Of a stretch of 53,593 bases of DNA, positions 1 through 9,554 are shown piece by piece. A program made the translations under genes and the position numbers. Origin of the DNA: a virus (lineage: Duplodnaviria > Caudoviricetes); IMG/VR virus record IMGVR_UViG_3300031450_000204, positions 1 to 53,593 of that record. One strand, 5' to 3'. How positions within the stretch are numbered: the first letter of the stretch is position 1; every line of letters begins with the position of its first letter. The notes below the pieces were generated by a model. The model was not told the DNA's origin. It saw only the letters and a list, made by a program, of their open reading frames with translations, and made no database searches.

Positions 1-144
1 ATGAGCAGCTTGGACTTGTGGCTGACCGCCGACGAGTACCTGCGCGGCCGGCTCCCCGAGCTGCCCGAGTACGACGACGACCAGCCGAGCCGCGCCGAAG
101 CCGCCATGGACGAGCGCGACCCGTGGTCGCGGTCGTCGTCCTGA
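1..144 (+). CDS. Small hypothetical protein (47 aa)
   Basis: ATG at 1 to TGA at 142-144, MSSLDLWLTADEYLRGRLPELPEYDDD..., high-GC codon usage. Confidence 0.5.
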   Translation: MSSLDLWLTADEYLRGRLPELPEYDDDQPSRAEAAMDERDPWSRSSS

Positions 145-230
145 CCAGCCCGCAGACGCAAGGGGCGGGCACCCGCACTACCGGATGCCCGCCAGCAAAC
201 CCCACCCAAAGCAGAGAAGGGCAGGACCGC

Positions 231-1172
231 ATGGCAAGTATCGCAAACCTCGACCTCGACCGGCTGCGCCTAGGCACCGGCAGTCACGAACCGGCAGACC
301 TCGCGGACGATTGCGACGGCACCGCCTGCCTGTGGGAAGCGATCGCATGGGCAACGGGTGCGGGTGCGACGAACGAGCCGTGGGACGACGACCCCGACTG
401 GGTAGGCACCCCCGTCCTGCGCGTCTACGGCCGCGACCTCAACGACTCCTTGCCCGACGACCGGCGGCAGGAACTGAAGGCGCTGATTCCCGACTTGGCC
501 GCTGTCACCCCCGACGACGGACTCGACGAACGCCGCAGCTACATGGCACTCGACTGGTTGATCCGGGTCTACACCCCGGCCTGGCTGCGGCTTGTCGACG
601 GGCTCGAGGTCCACGCGGACCGGCTCGCAAATGCGGCACAGATTGTCGACCTGGACACGGCCGAGGCTGTCGGTACCGCTGTCCGTAGCGCGGCGTGGGA
701 TGCGGTGCGGGTCGCGGCGGGGGATGCGGCGGGGGCTGCGGCGCGGGCTGCGGCGCGGGTCGCGGCGCGGGATGCGGCGGGGGATGCAGCGGGGGCTGCG
801 GCGCGGGTCGCGGCGGGGGATGCGGCGGGGGATGCGGCGCGGGATGCGGCGCGGGTCGCGGCGGGGGATGCGGCGCGGGTCGCGGCGCGGGTCGCGGCGG
901 GGGATGCGGCGCGGGCTGCGGCGCGGGCTGCGGCGCGGGTCGCGGCGGGGGATGCGGCGCGGGCTGCGGCGTGGGATGCGGCGCGGGTCGCGGCGGGGGA
1001 TGCAGCGTGGGATGCGGCGTGGGATGCGGCGCGGGATGCGGCGCGGGATGCGGCGCGGGTCGCGGCGGGGGATGCGGCGCGGGTCGCGCTAGCCCCAACC
1101 GTCACTGAACTCCAGACCTCAGCTATTGAGCTGTACCGCTCGATGATTCACCCCGAGCCGGTGTCGGCGTGA
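231..1172 (+). CDS. Actinophage hypothetical protein with AA(G/R/W)(D/A/V) tetrapeptide repeats
   Basis: ATG at 231 after AGGA; N-terminal GSH..CLWEA..WDDDP..LND.L.D..RQ.L segment, then Ala-rich repeat. Confidence 0.8.
   Translation: MASIANLDLDRLRLGTGSHEPADLADDCDGTACLWEAIAWATGAGATNEPWDDDPDWVGTPVLRVYGRDLNDSLPDDRRQELKALIPDLAAVTPDDGLDERRSYMALDWLIRVYTPAWLRLVDGLEVHADRLANAAQIVDLDTAEAVGTAVRSAAWDAVRVAAGDAAGAAARAAARVAARDAAGDAAGAAARVAAGDAAGDAARDAARVAAGDAARVAARVAAGDAARAAARAAARVAAGDAARAAAWDAARVAAGDAAWDAAWDAARDAARDAARVAAGDAARVALAPTVTELQTSAIELYRSMIHPEPVSA
690..1085 (+). repeat. About 33 tandem 12-bp units GCGGCG-NGG-GNY (coding)
   Basis: Directly visible tandem repeat inside 231..1172. Confidence 0.9.
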
Positions 1173-1750
1173 CCGCCCTTGGCCCCGGCGACCGGGTGCA
1201 GAACCGGTTGACCAAGCACGTCGGCACCGTCACCGATCGCGAAACAGACACCACCGTCAACGTCCGCTTCGACGGCCATCCCGACATCGACTGCCACATC
1301 CCCATCGCCGACCTTGCGGCGCTGCCCCGCGTCGAGGAGATGATCCACCGGGATCGGCTGTCCGCAGCGGGCGAGCTACTCATCGGCCTCGTCGCCCAGC
1401 TCTCCGACGCCCTCGAAGACCACGCCGCGGGCAGCGTCGGCGAGCAGCTCCCCCGGCTCGCCTGCCTGCTGCGCGCCGTCCGCGACCGCGACCAGGTCCA
1501 GCTCGAACGGGACCGCTCGTGGTACCCGGCCGAGTACGACGGGCCGATCGCCGTGGCCGAGCAGGACGTCCTCGCCGCCGCCTCGACCCTGATCCAGGGT
1601 GACGTTACGTGGTGCGCCGCCTGCTACACCGGAGCGGCAGCAGTCGGCCACATGCGGCTCGCGACCCGCCGCGTCGGCACCGTGCCCTGCTGCGACGGCT
1701 GCGCCCGCACCGTCGCGATGCGGCTGCACCCCGCCGGAAGTGTCGCATGA
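1169..1750 (+). CDS. Hypothetical protein, SH3-like N-terminus and C-terminal CxxC pair
   Basis: GTGA overlap with upstream gene; LGPGDRV..VGTV; CAAC...CCDGC. Confidence 0.7.
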   Translation: MTALGPGDRVQNRLTKHVGTVTDRETDTTVNVRFDGHPDIDCHIPIADLAALPRVEEMIHRDRLSAAGELLIGLVAQLSDALEDHAAGSVGEQLPRLACLLRAVRDRDQVQLERDRSWYPAEYDGPIAVAEQDVLAAASTLIQGDVTWCAACYTGAAAVGHMRLATRRVGTVPCCDGCARTVAMRLHPAGSVA

Positions 1751-2115
1751 CCTTCAACGCCGAGCTGGCCCGCCAGGCCCTCGCCGACATCGACGCCGAC
1801 CCTGAGCGCTGGAACCAGATGTTCTATCGAGGACGCTGCGGCACCACCCAGTGCTTCGCCGGGTTCGTCGCCATGCGCGCCGGCGCTCAATGGCGGAATG
1901 TCGACCACCTGAGCCTTGCGTACGACATGGTCGTCGGGCCGCTCGTCGACGATTGGGTGCACGTCTCCGACTACGCCGTGCTGGCGCTGTTCGGGCGCAA
2001 CCTCAGCTCTGACGAACAGCTCGACCTAGACCGAGACGGCTTGTTCGCCGACACCAACACCCGCGAGCGCCTCGCCCAGCTCGTCGACGAGCTTGCCGCG
2101 GACGGTGCGGCATGA
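1747..2115 (+). CDS. Phage hypothetical protein
   Basis: ATGA overlap; MTFNAELARQALADIDADPERWNQ...CGTTQCFAG. Confidence 0.75.
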   Translation: MTFNAELARQALADIDADPERWNQMFYRGRCGTTQCFAGFVAMRAGAQWRNVDHLSLAYDMVVGPLVDDWVHVSDYAVLALFGRNLSSDEQLDLDRDGLFADTNTRERLAQLVDELAADGAA

Positions 2116-2282
2116 CCGGCACCGTGTACGTCCTCGCCGTCATCGGCGCGATCACCATCTTGAACTTCGCGTTCGCGTTCGTCCTGATCGCCGACGCCGT
2201 ATGGGCCGAGCGTCGGCGTAAGAAGCGTCGCAGCGCCCGGATCGACGCCGAACTTGCCCGCCTCCTAGAGCGCGCCCAATGA
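2112..2282 (+). CDS. Small membrane protein
   Basis: ATGA overlaps at both ends; hydrophobic helix then basic tail. Confidence 0.6.
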   Translation: MTGTVYVLAVIGAITILNFAFAFVLIADAVWAERRRKKRRSARIDAELARLLERAQ

Positions 2283-2533
2283 CCGCCCGGACCTGCCTGC
2301 GGTGCCAGACCGACGAGCTGCCCTCCACCCCCGCCGCGCCCGGGCACGTGCTGTGCGCCACCCACCTCGCGATGGGCCACGCCGAGCTGTTCGCCGCGAT
2401 CGCCCAGGACTGCTGCCGGGCCTGCGGTCACACCCGGGCACCCGGCGACCAGCTCTGCGCCGGGTGCCGCGAGTCGGTGCAACGCGCGCAGACCTACGTC
2501 CAGCAGCGTGAGCCGAAACGGCCCGGCCGATGA
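2279..2533 (+). CDS. Small zinc-finger protein
   Basis: CLRC, CATH, CRAC, CAGC motifs; ATGA overlaps. Confidence 0.6.
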   Translation: MTARTCLRCQTDELPSTPAAPGHVLCATHLAMGHAELFAAIAQDCCRACGHTRAPGDQLCAGCRESVQRAQTYVQQREPKRPGR

Positions 2534-2790
2534 GCGGCCTCACCCAAGCCACCGCCGGCCTCGTCATCGCCTTGCTGGCCTGGGCCGCCGGCGCCGTGTG
2601 GGAAGGCTGCCGCCGCGGAGGCACCGTCCAGTTACGCCAGCAGCTCACCCGCATCGAAGCGGAACGCGACGACCTGCTCGACAAGCAGGCCCAAGCTGAG
2701 CATCGCGCCGAGCTTGGCGCCCAAGCCCTCGACGACGCTCGCCGGCGCCAGCACTTGCGCGCCATCCCCTGCCCGCGTGACGGCGCCTGA
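2530..2790 (+). CDS. Membrane-anchored coiled-coil protein
   Basis: N-terminal TM helix and coiled coil. Confidence 0.6.
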   Translation: MSGLTQATAGLVIALLAWAAGAVWEGCRRGGTVQLRQQLTRIEAERDDLLDKQAQAEHRAELGAQALDDARRRQHLRAIPCPRDGA

Positions 2791-2941
2791 TGGCCGCCGC
2801 CGTCGCCCGCGTCTGGCGCTCGCCGTGGTGCGCCATGCACCCGATCACCGCTGACGCCGCCCACCTGCGCTGCCGCGGCTACACCGCCGGCCTGACCCGC
2901 CTTTCCTGCAGCTGCGTCTGCCACCTCTACCGGAGCACACC

Positions 2942-3520
2942 GTGACTACGACCACCGTCGCCTCAGCGGCCATGGCAGAGGAATGGCGGTCGATGGTCGG
3001 TTGGGAGTCGCTCTACGAGGTGTCAAGCTTTGGGCGAGTGCGGTCATTAGGCCGAACATTTACTACTTCGGCCGGCCGGGCGTATCGAGTGCGCGGCCGA
3101 CTCCTCAAGCCGGGCCGCGATCCCTCGGGCTACGCCGTGGTGTACCCATCACGAGGTGGGAGAACGACTGCGCCCAAAGTCCACGCGCTTGTTGCGGCGG
3201 CATTTATTGGTCCGCGGCCGGTGGATTTCGAGGTAGCCCACAACGACGGAGATAAGCACAATAATCACTACTCAAACTTGAGATACGCCACTCGGCTTGA
3301 CAATGTCGCAGACATGGCTTTACACGGCACCTTGCCGCGCGGAGCCCGGAATGGTCGGTCAAGGCTAGTCGAGCCCGAGATACTAGGAATGCTGCGACGA
3401 CTGAATGCGGGTGAGTCCCACCAGTCGATCGCGGACGACTTCGGTCTGTCTCGGCAGCACGTCTCGAAGGTTGATAGCGGTGCACGCTGGGGCTGGCTAA
3501 CTGGTCGAGGTGCAGCATGA
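2942..3520 (+). CDS. NUMOD4 + HNH homing endonuclease
   Basis: EEWRSMVGWESLYEVSSFGRVRSL (NUMOD4); VHALVAAAF...HNDGDKHNNHYSNL (HNH); lower GC than flanks. Confidence 0.9.
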   Translation: MTTTTVASAAMAEEWRSMVGWESLYEVSSFGRVRSLGRTFTTSAGRAYRVRGRLLKPGRDPSGYAVVYPSRGGRTTAPKVHALVAAAFIGPRPVDFEVAHNDGDKHNNHYSNLRYATRLDNVADMALHGTLPRGARNGRSRLVEPEILGMLRRLNAGESHQSIADDFGLSRQHVSKVDSGARWGWLTGRGAA

Positions 3521-4530
3521 CCCCCCCGCGTCTTGTCCTAAGCCACACCGCGCCGAGGAGCGACTGGCTCGCCGCCCGCCGGTGCGGCATCACCGCCACG
3601 AAGATCGCCGCGGTCGCGGGGGTCCACCCGTGGCTGTCAGCCCTCGAGGTCTACGACGACATGATCGGCGTCGCGGTCGACGTCGAGGAGAACACGGCGA
3701 TGCGCGCCGGCACGTTCCTCGAGCCGTTCATCTGCCGCGAGTGGGCCGCCGACACCGGCCGGGCCATCGCCCGCAGCGGGTTGTACGCCCACCCCGACCG
3801 GGCGTGGCAGATGGCGACCCCCGACCGGCTCGTGCTCAAGCCGGGCCGCACGTCCTGGTTCGGCCGGTGGGTCAACGTCGACAGTCTGCTCGAAGCGAAG
3901 ACGGCACTCGGCTGGGGTGCGCTCGCCTGGTCCGACGAGGTCCCTACCCACGTCCAGATGCAGGTGCAGTGGCAGCTCGCCGTTACCGGTCTGGACCGGG
4001 CATGGGTCGTCGCCCTCGCCGGTCCGCAGATCAAGCCGTTCGCCGTCGAACGCGACGACGAGCTGATCGCCGACCTGACCGACATCGGCGAGGCGTTCCT
4101 GCTCGATCACGTCGCGAGGAAGGTGCCGCCGACCCCGGATGGCACCGAGCGCACCGCCCGCTACCTGGCGCGGCGGACCCCGGCGGTAGCGGGTGCGACG
4201 ACGGTCCTCGACCCCGAGCAGTGGGCCGACCTCTACGAGACCTACTGGGGCGCGCATCGCCAGGCCGCCGAGCACGAGCAGGACAAGGCCGCCGCCGCTA
4301 ACCGGATGCGGCTGCTGCTCGGCTCAGCCGAGGAGGGCTACCTACCCGGCGAAACCAAGCCGGCGGTCACGTTCCGCGAGTCCCGCCCGGTCCGGTTCGA
4401 CGCCAAGGCGTTCGCCGCCGACCACCCGGACCTGTACGCCGCCTACCGCCGTCCGGCCAGCGAGCCGCAACGCACCCTGTCCCCCCGCAAGCCACCGCGC
4501 ACGTCCTCACGCAAGGAGCAGGCAGCATGA
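3517..4530 (+). CDS. YqaJ-like viral recombinase exonuclease (RecE-like)
   Basis: WLAARRCGITAT, GTFLEP, ATPDRL, LEAKT, QVQWQL motifs. Confidence 0.9.
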   Translation: MTPPRLVLSHTAPRSDWLAARRCGITATKIAAVAGVHPWLSALEVYDDMIGVAVDVEENTAMRAGTFLEPFICREWAADTGRAIARSGLYAHPDRAWQMATPDRLVLKPGRTSWFGRWVNVDSLLEAKTALGWGALAWSDEVPTHVQMQVQWQLAVTGLDRAWVVALAGPQIKPFAVERDDELIADLTDIGEAFLLDHVARKVPPTPDGTERTARYLARRTPAVAGATTVLDPEQWADLYETYWGAHRQAAEHEQDKAAAANRMRLLLGSAEEGYLPGETKPAVTFRESRPVRFDAKAFAADHPDLYAAYRRPASEPQRTLSPRKPPRTSSRKEQAA

Positions 4531-5486
4531 CCGTCTCCACCGACGTCGCCCACACCAACGGAGCGCAGCAGGAGCCCCGGACCCGCGGCGGGGCCGTCGC
4601 GCTCCGCCAGCCCGACGCCCCCCTCGGCACATTCGCCGAGCGGCTCCGTTTCGCCGACGAGCTGTCGAAGGCGAAGATGCTGCCCCGGCACCTGCAGGGC
4701 TCCCCCGCCGACGTCCTGTTCGCGATGGAGCTGGCCGACAGCCTCGGCATCCACCACATCCAGGCCTTCACGTCGGTGTGGGTTGTGGAGGGCAAGCCGG
4801 AGGCGTCCGCTGAGCTGGTCCGCGCGCTGATCCTGCGCGCCGGCCACCGCTTCGACGTCGAGATGGGTGACACCAAGTGCGTCATCACCGCCGCCCGTAG
4901 GGAGCGGCCCGACCAGGAGCGGACGTTCGTCTGGACGATCGATGACGCGCGGACCGCTGGACTGGCGAACAAGCAGGTGTGGAAGTCCTACCCGCGGCGG
5001 ATGCTGCTCGCCCGCGCCACCTCCGACGCGGCCGCGGCGATGTTCCCGGACGTCAAGCGCGGCATGGGCGTGGAGGGCGACGCGGAGATGACGATCGTCG
5101 ACGTCACCCCCGAGGCGTCGACGGCGCAGGTCGCACCGTCGGCGCGGGACAGCATCCGGGAGAAGGCGCAGCGGACCCGGGCAAGCCGGCAGCAGCCGGC
5201 GCCCGAGCCGGAGGCGCCGGCTGCTGAGCCGGAGACGCAGCAGGAGCAGCCCGCTGCCGAAGTGGTCGAGGGCGAGGTCGTCGAGGTCGACCAGCGGACC
5301 GCAAGCGACCTGCGGGCCGCGATCATGCGGGCCGCGCGGACCATCGGCTGGGACCAGTCCGACGTCGAGCAGTCGTTCGCCCAGGACCACGGCGGCAACA
5401 TCGCTGCGGCCCCCCGCGACCAGCTCGTCGCGTTCGCCTACACCGTCGAGCAGTTCGCTGCGGCGTACACCGAGGACCCGCAGTGA
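4527..5486 (+). CDS. RecT-like single-strand annealing protein
   Basis: PADVLFAMELADSLGI, VVEGKP, WTIDDARTAGL, WKSYPRRMLLARA, FPDV; follows YqaJ gene. Confidence 0.8.
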   Translation: MTVSTDVAHTNGAQQEPRTRGGAVALRQPDAPLGTFAERLRFADELSKAKMLPRHLQGSPADVLFAMELADSLGIHHIQAFTSVWVVEGKPEASAELVRALILRAGHRFDVEMGDTKCVITAARRERPDQERTFVWTIDDARTAGLANKQVWKSYPRRMLLARATSDAAAAMFPDVKRGMGVEGDAEMTIVDVTPEASTAQVAPSARDSIREKAQRTRASRQQPAPEPEAPAAEPETQQEQPAAEVVEGEVVEVDQRTASDLRAAIMRAARTIGWDQSDVEQSFAQDHGGNIAAAPRDQLVAFAYTVEQFAAAYTEDPQ

Positions 5487-5707
5487 GCGCCCGGCTTGCC
5501 GGGGTGCCTTGGCGGCCCGGCAACCCCCCCGCGCAGTGCAGCTATTACGTGCCCGCCGGCGGCGACATGTGCGGCGCACCGTCGCAGTACCGCGTGTGGG
5601 CTGACGACTGCCTGTGCGGCGGTCCGTGCTCCGGTCACGGTGCATGCGCCACTCACGCGGCTGCCCGCCGCGCTGAGGGCGGAGTCCTTCGGGTGGTTTC
5701 CGCATGA
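5483..5707 (+). CDS. Small Cys-rich hypothetical protein
   Basis: GTGA/ATGA overlaps. Confidence 0.5.
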   Translation: MSARLAGVPWRPGNPPAQCSYYVPAGGDMCGAPSQYRVWADDCLCGGPCSGHGACATHAAARRAEGGVLRVVSA

Positions 5708-6054
5708 CCTCGCTGTTTCCTGCAACCGGGCCGCAGGCTGTGCCGACGATCACCACCCCGCTGAACGTGCGGCTGTGGGCCGAATGGTCGGAGGCCAACC
5801 GCCGGGCCCGTGCCGACGCCTACGACAGCCGTGGGCAACGTGGCCAGCGGGTCCGGTGGGTGCTGGAGCTCTCCCAGCAGGGCTGGACCGTCGGCCGGAT
5901 CGCCCGCGCTACGGGCTACACCCGGCACACCGTCGCCGTCGACAGGCTGGCGCTGGCCCGCGCCGGGGTCGACCTGGCTGCCACTACTCCCGTGGGGTCC
6001 GCTGCGGCGGGCACGGGCCCCACGGGGCTCCACCACACGCAGGCGGCGGCGTGA
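5704..6054 (+). CDS. Putative HTH DNA-binding protein
   Basis: VLELSQQGWTVGRIARATGYTRHTV helix-turn-helix pattern. Confidence 0.65.
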   Translation: MTSLFPATGPQAVPTITTPLNVRLWAEWSEANRRARADAYDSRGQRGQRVRWVLELSQQGWTVGRIARATGYTRHTVAVDRLALARAGVDLAATTPVGSAAAGTGPTGLHHTQAAA

Positions 6055-6347
6055 AGACCCTGCCGGTGTCGGAGGTGGCCTTTCAAGGCCGCATCCTCGA
6101 CTACGCCCGGCTGAAGGGGTGGCGGGCGATCCACCATCCCGACTCACGCAGGGTCACCGAACCCGGCCTTCCAGATTTGATCTTGGTACGTCCCCCGCGG
6201 ATCATCTTCGCCGAGCTGAAGTCGGCGTCGGGGGTGCTCAGGCCGGCGCAGATCGACATGCTCGCCAAGCTCAAGCTCTGCCCCGGCATCGAAACCTGCC
6301 TTTGGAGGCCAGCGGACTGGGCGCAGGTCATGGAGACGCTGGCGTGA
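6051..6347 (+). CDS. VRR-NUC domain nuclease (putative Holliday junction resolvase)
   Basis: SEVAFQ..I, PGLPDL, FAELKS, Q..L motifs. Confidence 0.85.
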   Translation: MKTLPVSEVAFQGRILDYARLKGWRAIHHPDSRRVTEPGLPDLILVRPPRIIFAELKSASGVLRPAQIDMLAKLKLCPGIETCLWRPADWAQVMETLA

Positions 6348-6670
6348 CCACCACCCTCCCGCCGGCGACTGTGGGCACGTCGGTGCTGTACGGCCTGTGG
6401 CCCTGCCCCGAACGGCTGTCATTCGCCGTCGCCCGTACCGAGGCGCTGCACGCGTTGGCCGGCATGTGCGCCGACAACCGGGTGCTGCCCACCTGCAACC
6501 CGGTCGTAGTCGTCATCGCCGACCGGGTTGACCTGCTCACCTCCGGCCGCCAGCTCGGCATCCCCTCCGCGCAGCTGCGGGCCGATGCCGCCAGGCTCGG
6601 GTTCCGGCGCGGAACCGTGCTCGTCGCCGCGTCCGTCCCAGTCCGTCACCTCGACGGGGTGGCCGCGTGA
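6344..6670 (+). CDS. Hypothetical protein
   Basis: GTGA overlaps on both sides. Confidence 0.55.
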   Translation: MTTTLPPATVGTSVLYGLWPCPERLSFAVARTEALHALAGMCADNRVLPTCNPVVVVIADRVDLLTSGRQLGIPSAQLRADAARLGFRRGTVLVAASVPVRHLDGVAA

Positions 6671-6870
6671 ACGAGCACGGCTTGAATTTCGGGACGAGCC
6701 AGACCCTCACCCCCGAGTGGCGCTTGTTCGCCCAGGTGGTCGATGACTGCCCCATCGGGAACCTACTCACGTCCGGGGAGCGCATCGCCCTCATCCAGCA
6801 GCTCTGCGAAGCGTTCGACGAGGCGTTCACCGAGCGGCACAGCGAGTGCGAAGCCGAGGTTGACTGGTGA
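6667..6870 (+). CDS. Hypothetical protein
   Basis: GTGA overlaps on both sides. Confidence 0.55.
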   Translation: MNEHGLNFGTSQTLTPEWRLFAQVVDDCPIGNLLTSGERIALIQQLCEAFDEAFTERHSECEAEVDW

Positions 6871-7691
6871 CCGGGCTCGGCGCCGAGCTGCCGCCAATGG
6901 CGGACGGGCTGTGCGACGAACCGACCCTGCCGCTGCCGTACTACTCCGACGGAACGGTGACGCTGTACCACGGCCGGATGCAGGACGTCGTCCCCCTGCT
7001 GGACGCGGTGGACCTGATCTGCACCGACCCGCCGTACGGGGAGACGTCGCTCGCGTGGGACCGCTGGCCGTCCGGCTGGCCCGCCATCGTCAAGCCGCTC
7101 GGGTCGTCGATGTGGTGCTTCGGCTCGATGCGGATGTTCCTTGACCGCCGCGACGATTTCGCTGGCTGGAAGTTCGCCCAGGACATCGTGTGGGAGAAGC
7201 CTCGCGGAACGTCGTTCGTGACGGACAGGTTCGCCCGTGTTCACGAGCACGCCCTGCACTGGTATCGAGGCGAGTGGTCATCGCTGCATCATGAGACGCC
7301 ACGGGAGCAGAACTACGGCCGACGGGTGAGCCTGCCCGTGAGGAAGGGCCGCAGCGAGTACGTCCACGGAGCAATCGCTCAGGACGTGAGTTGGGTTGAT
7401 GACGGGACACGGCTAAGTCGGTCCGTCGTGAAAGTCGCGGGTATTAGGCAGGGGCAGCGCACCGGAACTCACCCGACGGAGAAGCCGACGGGCATCCTCG
7501 AGCCGCTCATTGCCTACGCGTGTCCGCCGGGCGGCACTGTCCTCGACGTGTTCGCCGGGTCGGGCAGCACCCTCGACGCGGCCCGTCGGCTCGGCCGCAA
7601 GGCGGTGGGGGTGGAGGCGTCCGAGGCGTACTGCGAGGTCATCGTCAACCGGCTCCGGCAAGACGTTCTCGATTTCGGCGGTACCGAATGA
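6867..7691 (+). CDS. Orphan N6-adenine/N4-cytosine DNA methyltransferase (beta class)
   Basis: DPPY catalytic motif precedes HPTEKP and DVFAGSGST SAM-binding motif. Confidence 0.92.
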   Translation: MTGLGAELPPMADGLCDEPTLPLPYYSDGTVTLYHGRMQDVVPLLDAVDLICTDPPYGETSLAWDRWPSGWPAIVKPLGSSMWCFGSMRMFLDRRDDFAGWKFAQDIVWEKPRGTSFVTDRFARVHEHALHWYRGEWSSLHHETPREQNYGRRVSLPVRKGRSEYVHGAIAQDVSWVDDGTRLSRSVVKVAGIRQGQRTGTHPTEKPTGILEPLIAYACPPGGTVLDVFAGSGSTLDAARRLGRKAVGVEASEAYCEVIVNRLRQDVLDFGGTE

Positions 7692-7993
7692 CCGGCCTGC
7701 ATCCAGCGAACCCGAACACGGGCCGCACCCCCCAGCATCAGGTCGACGAGACGCTGGTCGGCGTCCCCCGCGGCGTCCTCGACGACCTGATTTCCATCGC
7801 CGGGCAGGCCCACGCCGAACGCACCGCCGGACGTCCCAACGTCCACTGCCGCGCCTGCCGGATCATCGGCGACCTGCCCAACCACGTCCTCGCCGTCCTC
7901 ACGCCCACCGTCCGGCACGCCCACGGCATCCCCGCGCTGCTGCTCGGCTGCGCCTGCGCCGACCCCGCCTGCCCGATGAAGGAGGCCGGGTGA
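7688..7993 (+). CDS. Hypothetical protein
   Basis: ATGA overlap; CRAC and CACADPAC motifs. Confidence 0.55.
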   Translation: MTGLHPANPNTGRTPQHQVDETLVGVPRGVLDDLISIAGQAHAERTAGRPNVHCRACRIIGDLPNHVLAVLTPTVRHAHGIPALLLGCACADPACPMKEAG

Positions 7994-8196
7994 GCCACCT
8001 GAAGTGCCAGACCGAGCGCGGCCATGTGTGCCAGCAGCCCAGCGGCCGGACATGCGTCGAGCACGGCTGCGACGAGGCCGCTGGCACGAGCTGGGGACCG
8101 ATGTGGTGCCCGCAGCACGACCAGGAGCGGCTGGACCGGCTCAGGTCATCGTGGCGCGACTTGGAAGCCACCGCAGCCGAGCTGGGGACCGACTGA
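7990..8196 (+). CDS. Small Cys-rich hypothetical protein
   Basis: GGAGG RBS, GTGA overlap; CVEHGC...WCPQH. Confidence 0.55.
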   Translation: MSHLKCQTERGHVCQQPSGRTCVEHGCDEAAGTSWGPMWCPQHDQERLDRLRSSWRDLEATAAELGTD

Positions 8197-8331
8197 TGAC
8201 CGCGCGTCCCCTCAGCGTTGCGTGTCCCCTGGGACGGCAGACGAGGGGTAGCGTCAGCCCGGACAAGCGGAAGCCGCCGGGACTTGGCAGACCGGCGGCT
8301 CCCCGCCCCCCGACCGACCGGGAGACTTGAC

Positions 8332-8559
8332 GTGAGCCTATCTAGCAGTCCCAGCCCCGGGCCGTGGGACACACCGTTGCCCGTTGCGGGTGACGATCAG
8401 CCGCCGCAGGCGCTCGTCGTCAACTGGGCGCTTCACGACGTCTGCCGTCGCCTCTGCGGCAACCCGGACCGGTGGCGCGCGACGCCCTCACGGACCGGCG
8501 GCCTGCGGCACGACGATGCGTGCATCACCCTGCGGCGCGCGCTCGGCCGGCGCCTCTGA
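8332..8559 (+). CDS. Hypothetical protein
   Basis: GGAG RBS; TGATG junction with next gene. Confidence 0.45.
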   Translation: MSLSSSPSPGPWDTPLPVAGDDQPPQALVVNWALHDVCRRLCGNPDRWRATPSRTGGLRHDDACITLRRALGRRL

Positions 8560-9554
8560 TGGCCCGCAGCCACGGGCGCATCCTCGCCCGCATCTGGACC
8601 GATCCCGAGTTTCTGGCCCTCGACGGTGAGGCTCAGCGCGCCTACATGATGCTGCTGTCTCAGCCCGACCTAACGCACGCCGGCACTCTGCCGCTCACGA
8701 TCCGACGGTGGTCTCGGCTGTGTGGCGACGGTGACGTGAAGGCCCTCACTGCTTCCCTACGCCGCCTCGCAGATGCCCGCTTCGTGCTCGTCGACGGCGA
8801 CACCGAGGAGTTGCTGATCCGGACCCTGATCCGCAACGACGGGGTGTTCAAGCAGCCGAAGGTGCTGCTGTCCGCGAAGTCGGACGCAGCTGCCATCTCG
8901 TCTCCGAAACTGCGGTCTGCACTCGCCGCCGAGCTGTCCTTGTGCCCGCTGGATGAGGTGACGGAGAAGGCTCGCGCCGACGTCGCGGCCACGCTCGCGG
9001 AGATGGTGGAGACCCTTTCCCCACCACCAGATACCCCTACCGATACCCATTCGGATACCCCTGGCGAGGGGTCTGCGGTAGGCACAACGTACGCGTGCGC
9101 CCGCGGGGGTTCCCCTACCCCTACCCCTACCCCTGCCCCTACCGTTACCCCTACCCCTGCCCCTACCGTCTCCGACGGGGCGCCCAGCGCCGCGCCCAGC
9201 GCCGCGCTCGCCCTCGTCGAGGACCACCAGCCGACCACCGCAGGCGACATGGTCGCCGAGTACGTCGACGCCTGCCGTAAGCGACCACCCGAGGCACACC
9301 TCAAACGCATCGGCCAACAGGTCAAGGCGCTGCTCGCCGAAAGCATCGACGCCGACGACATCCGCGCTGGCCTCGTCATCGCCCGAGAGCGCGGCCTCCA
9401 GCCAACCGCCCTGCCCGGAGCGGTCAACGAAGCCATGAACGCGGGCGGACGCATCGCGAGCCGCGCCGGACCGCCGCCGAACCACACCGCCCAGCGCACC
9501 GCCGCCAACCTCGAAATCGTCGCCCGCTACGAAGCGCAGGAGCGTGGAGCATGA
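8559..9554 (+). CDS. Phage replication initiator protein
   Basis: MARSHGRILARIWTDPEFLAL..AQRAYMMLLSQPDL.HAG N-terminus typical of actinophage initiators; central repeat linker; followed by helicase loader. Confidence 0.8.
   Translation: MARSHGRILARIWTDPEFLALDGEAQRAYMMLLSQPDLTHAGTLPLTIRRWSRLCGDGDVKALTASLRRLADARFVLVDGDTEELLIRTLIRNDGVFKQPKVLLSAKSDAAAISSPKLRSALAAELSLCPLDEVTEKARADVAATLAEMVETLSPPPDTPTDTHSDTPGEGSAVGTTYACARGGSPTPTPTPAPTVTPTPAPTVSDGAPSAAPSAALALVEDHQPTTAGDMVAEYVDACRKRPPEAHLKRIGQQVKALLAESIDADDIRAGLVIARERGLQPTALPGAVNEAMNAGGRIASRAGPPPNHTAQRTAANLEIVARYEAQERGA
9030..9168 (+). repeat. GATACCC x3 and CCCCTA-type hexamer repeats, candidate origin iterons
   Basis: Repeats visible in the initiator linker. 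Confidence 0.55.

Noticed and set aside
690-1085. 12-bp repeat as a second guide array
   Set aside because: Period is a multiple of 3, lies in frame within a well-formed gene, and has no linked RAMP gene
6867-7691. Restriction-modification system
   Set aside because: No cognate restriction enzyme nearby; orphan methyltransferase common in phages
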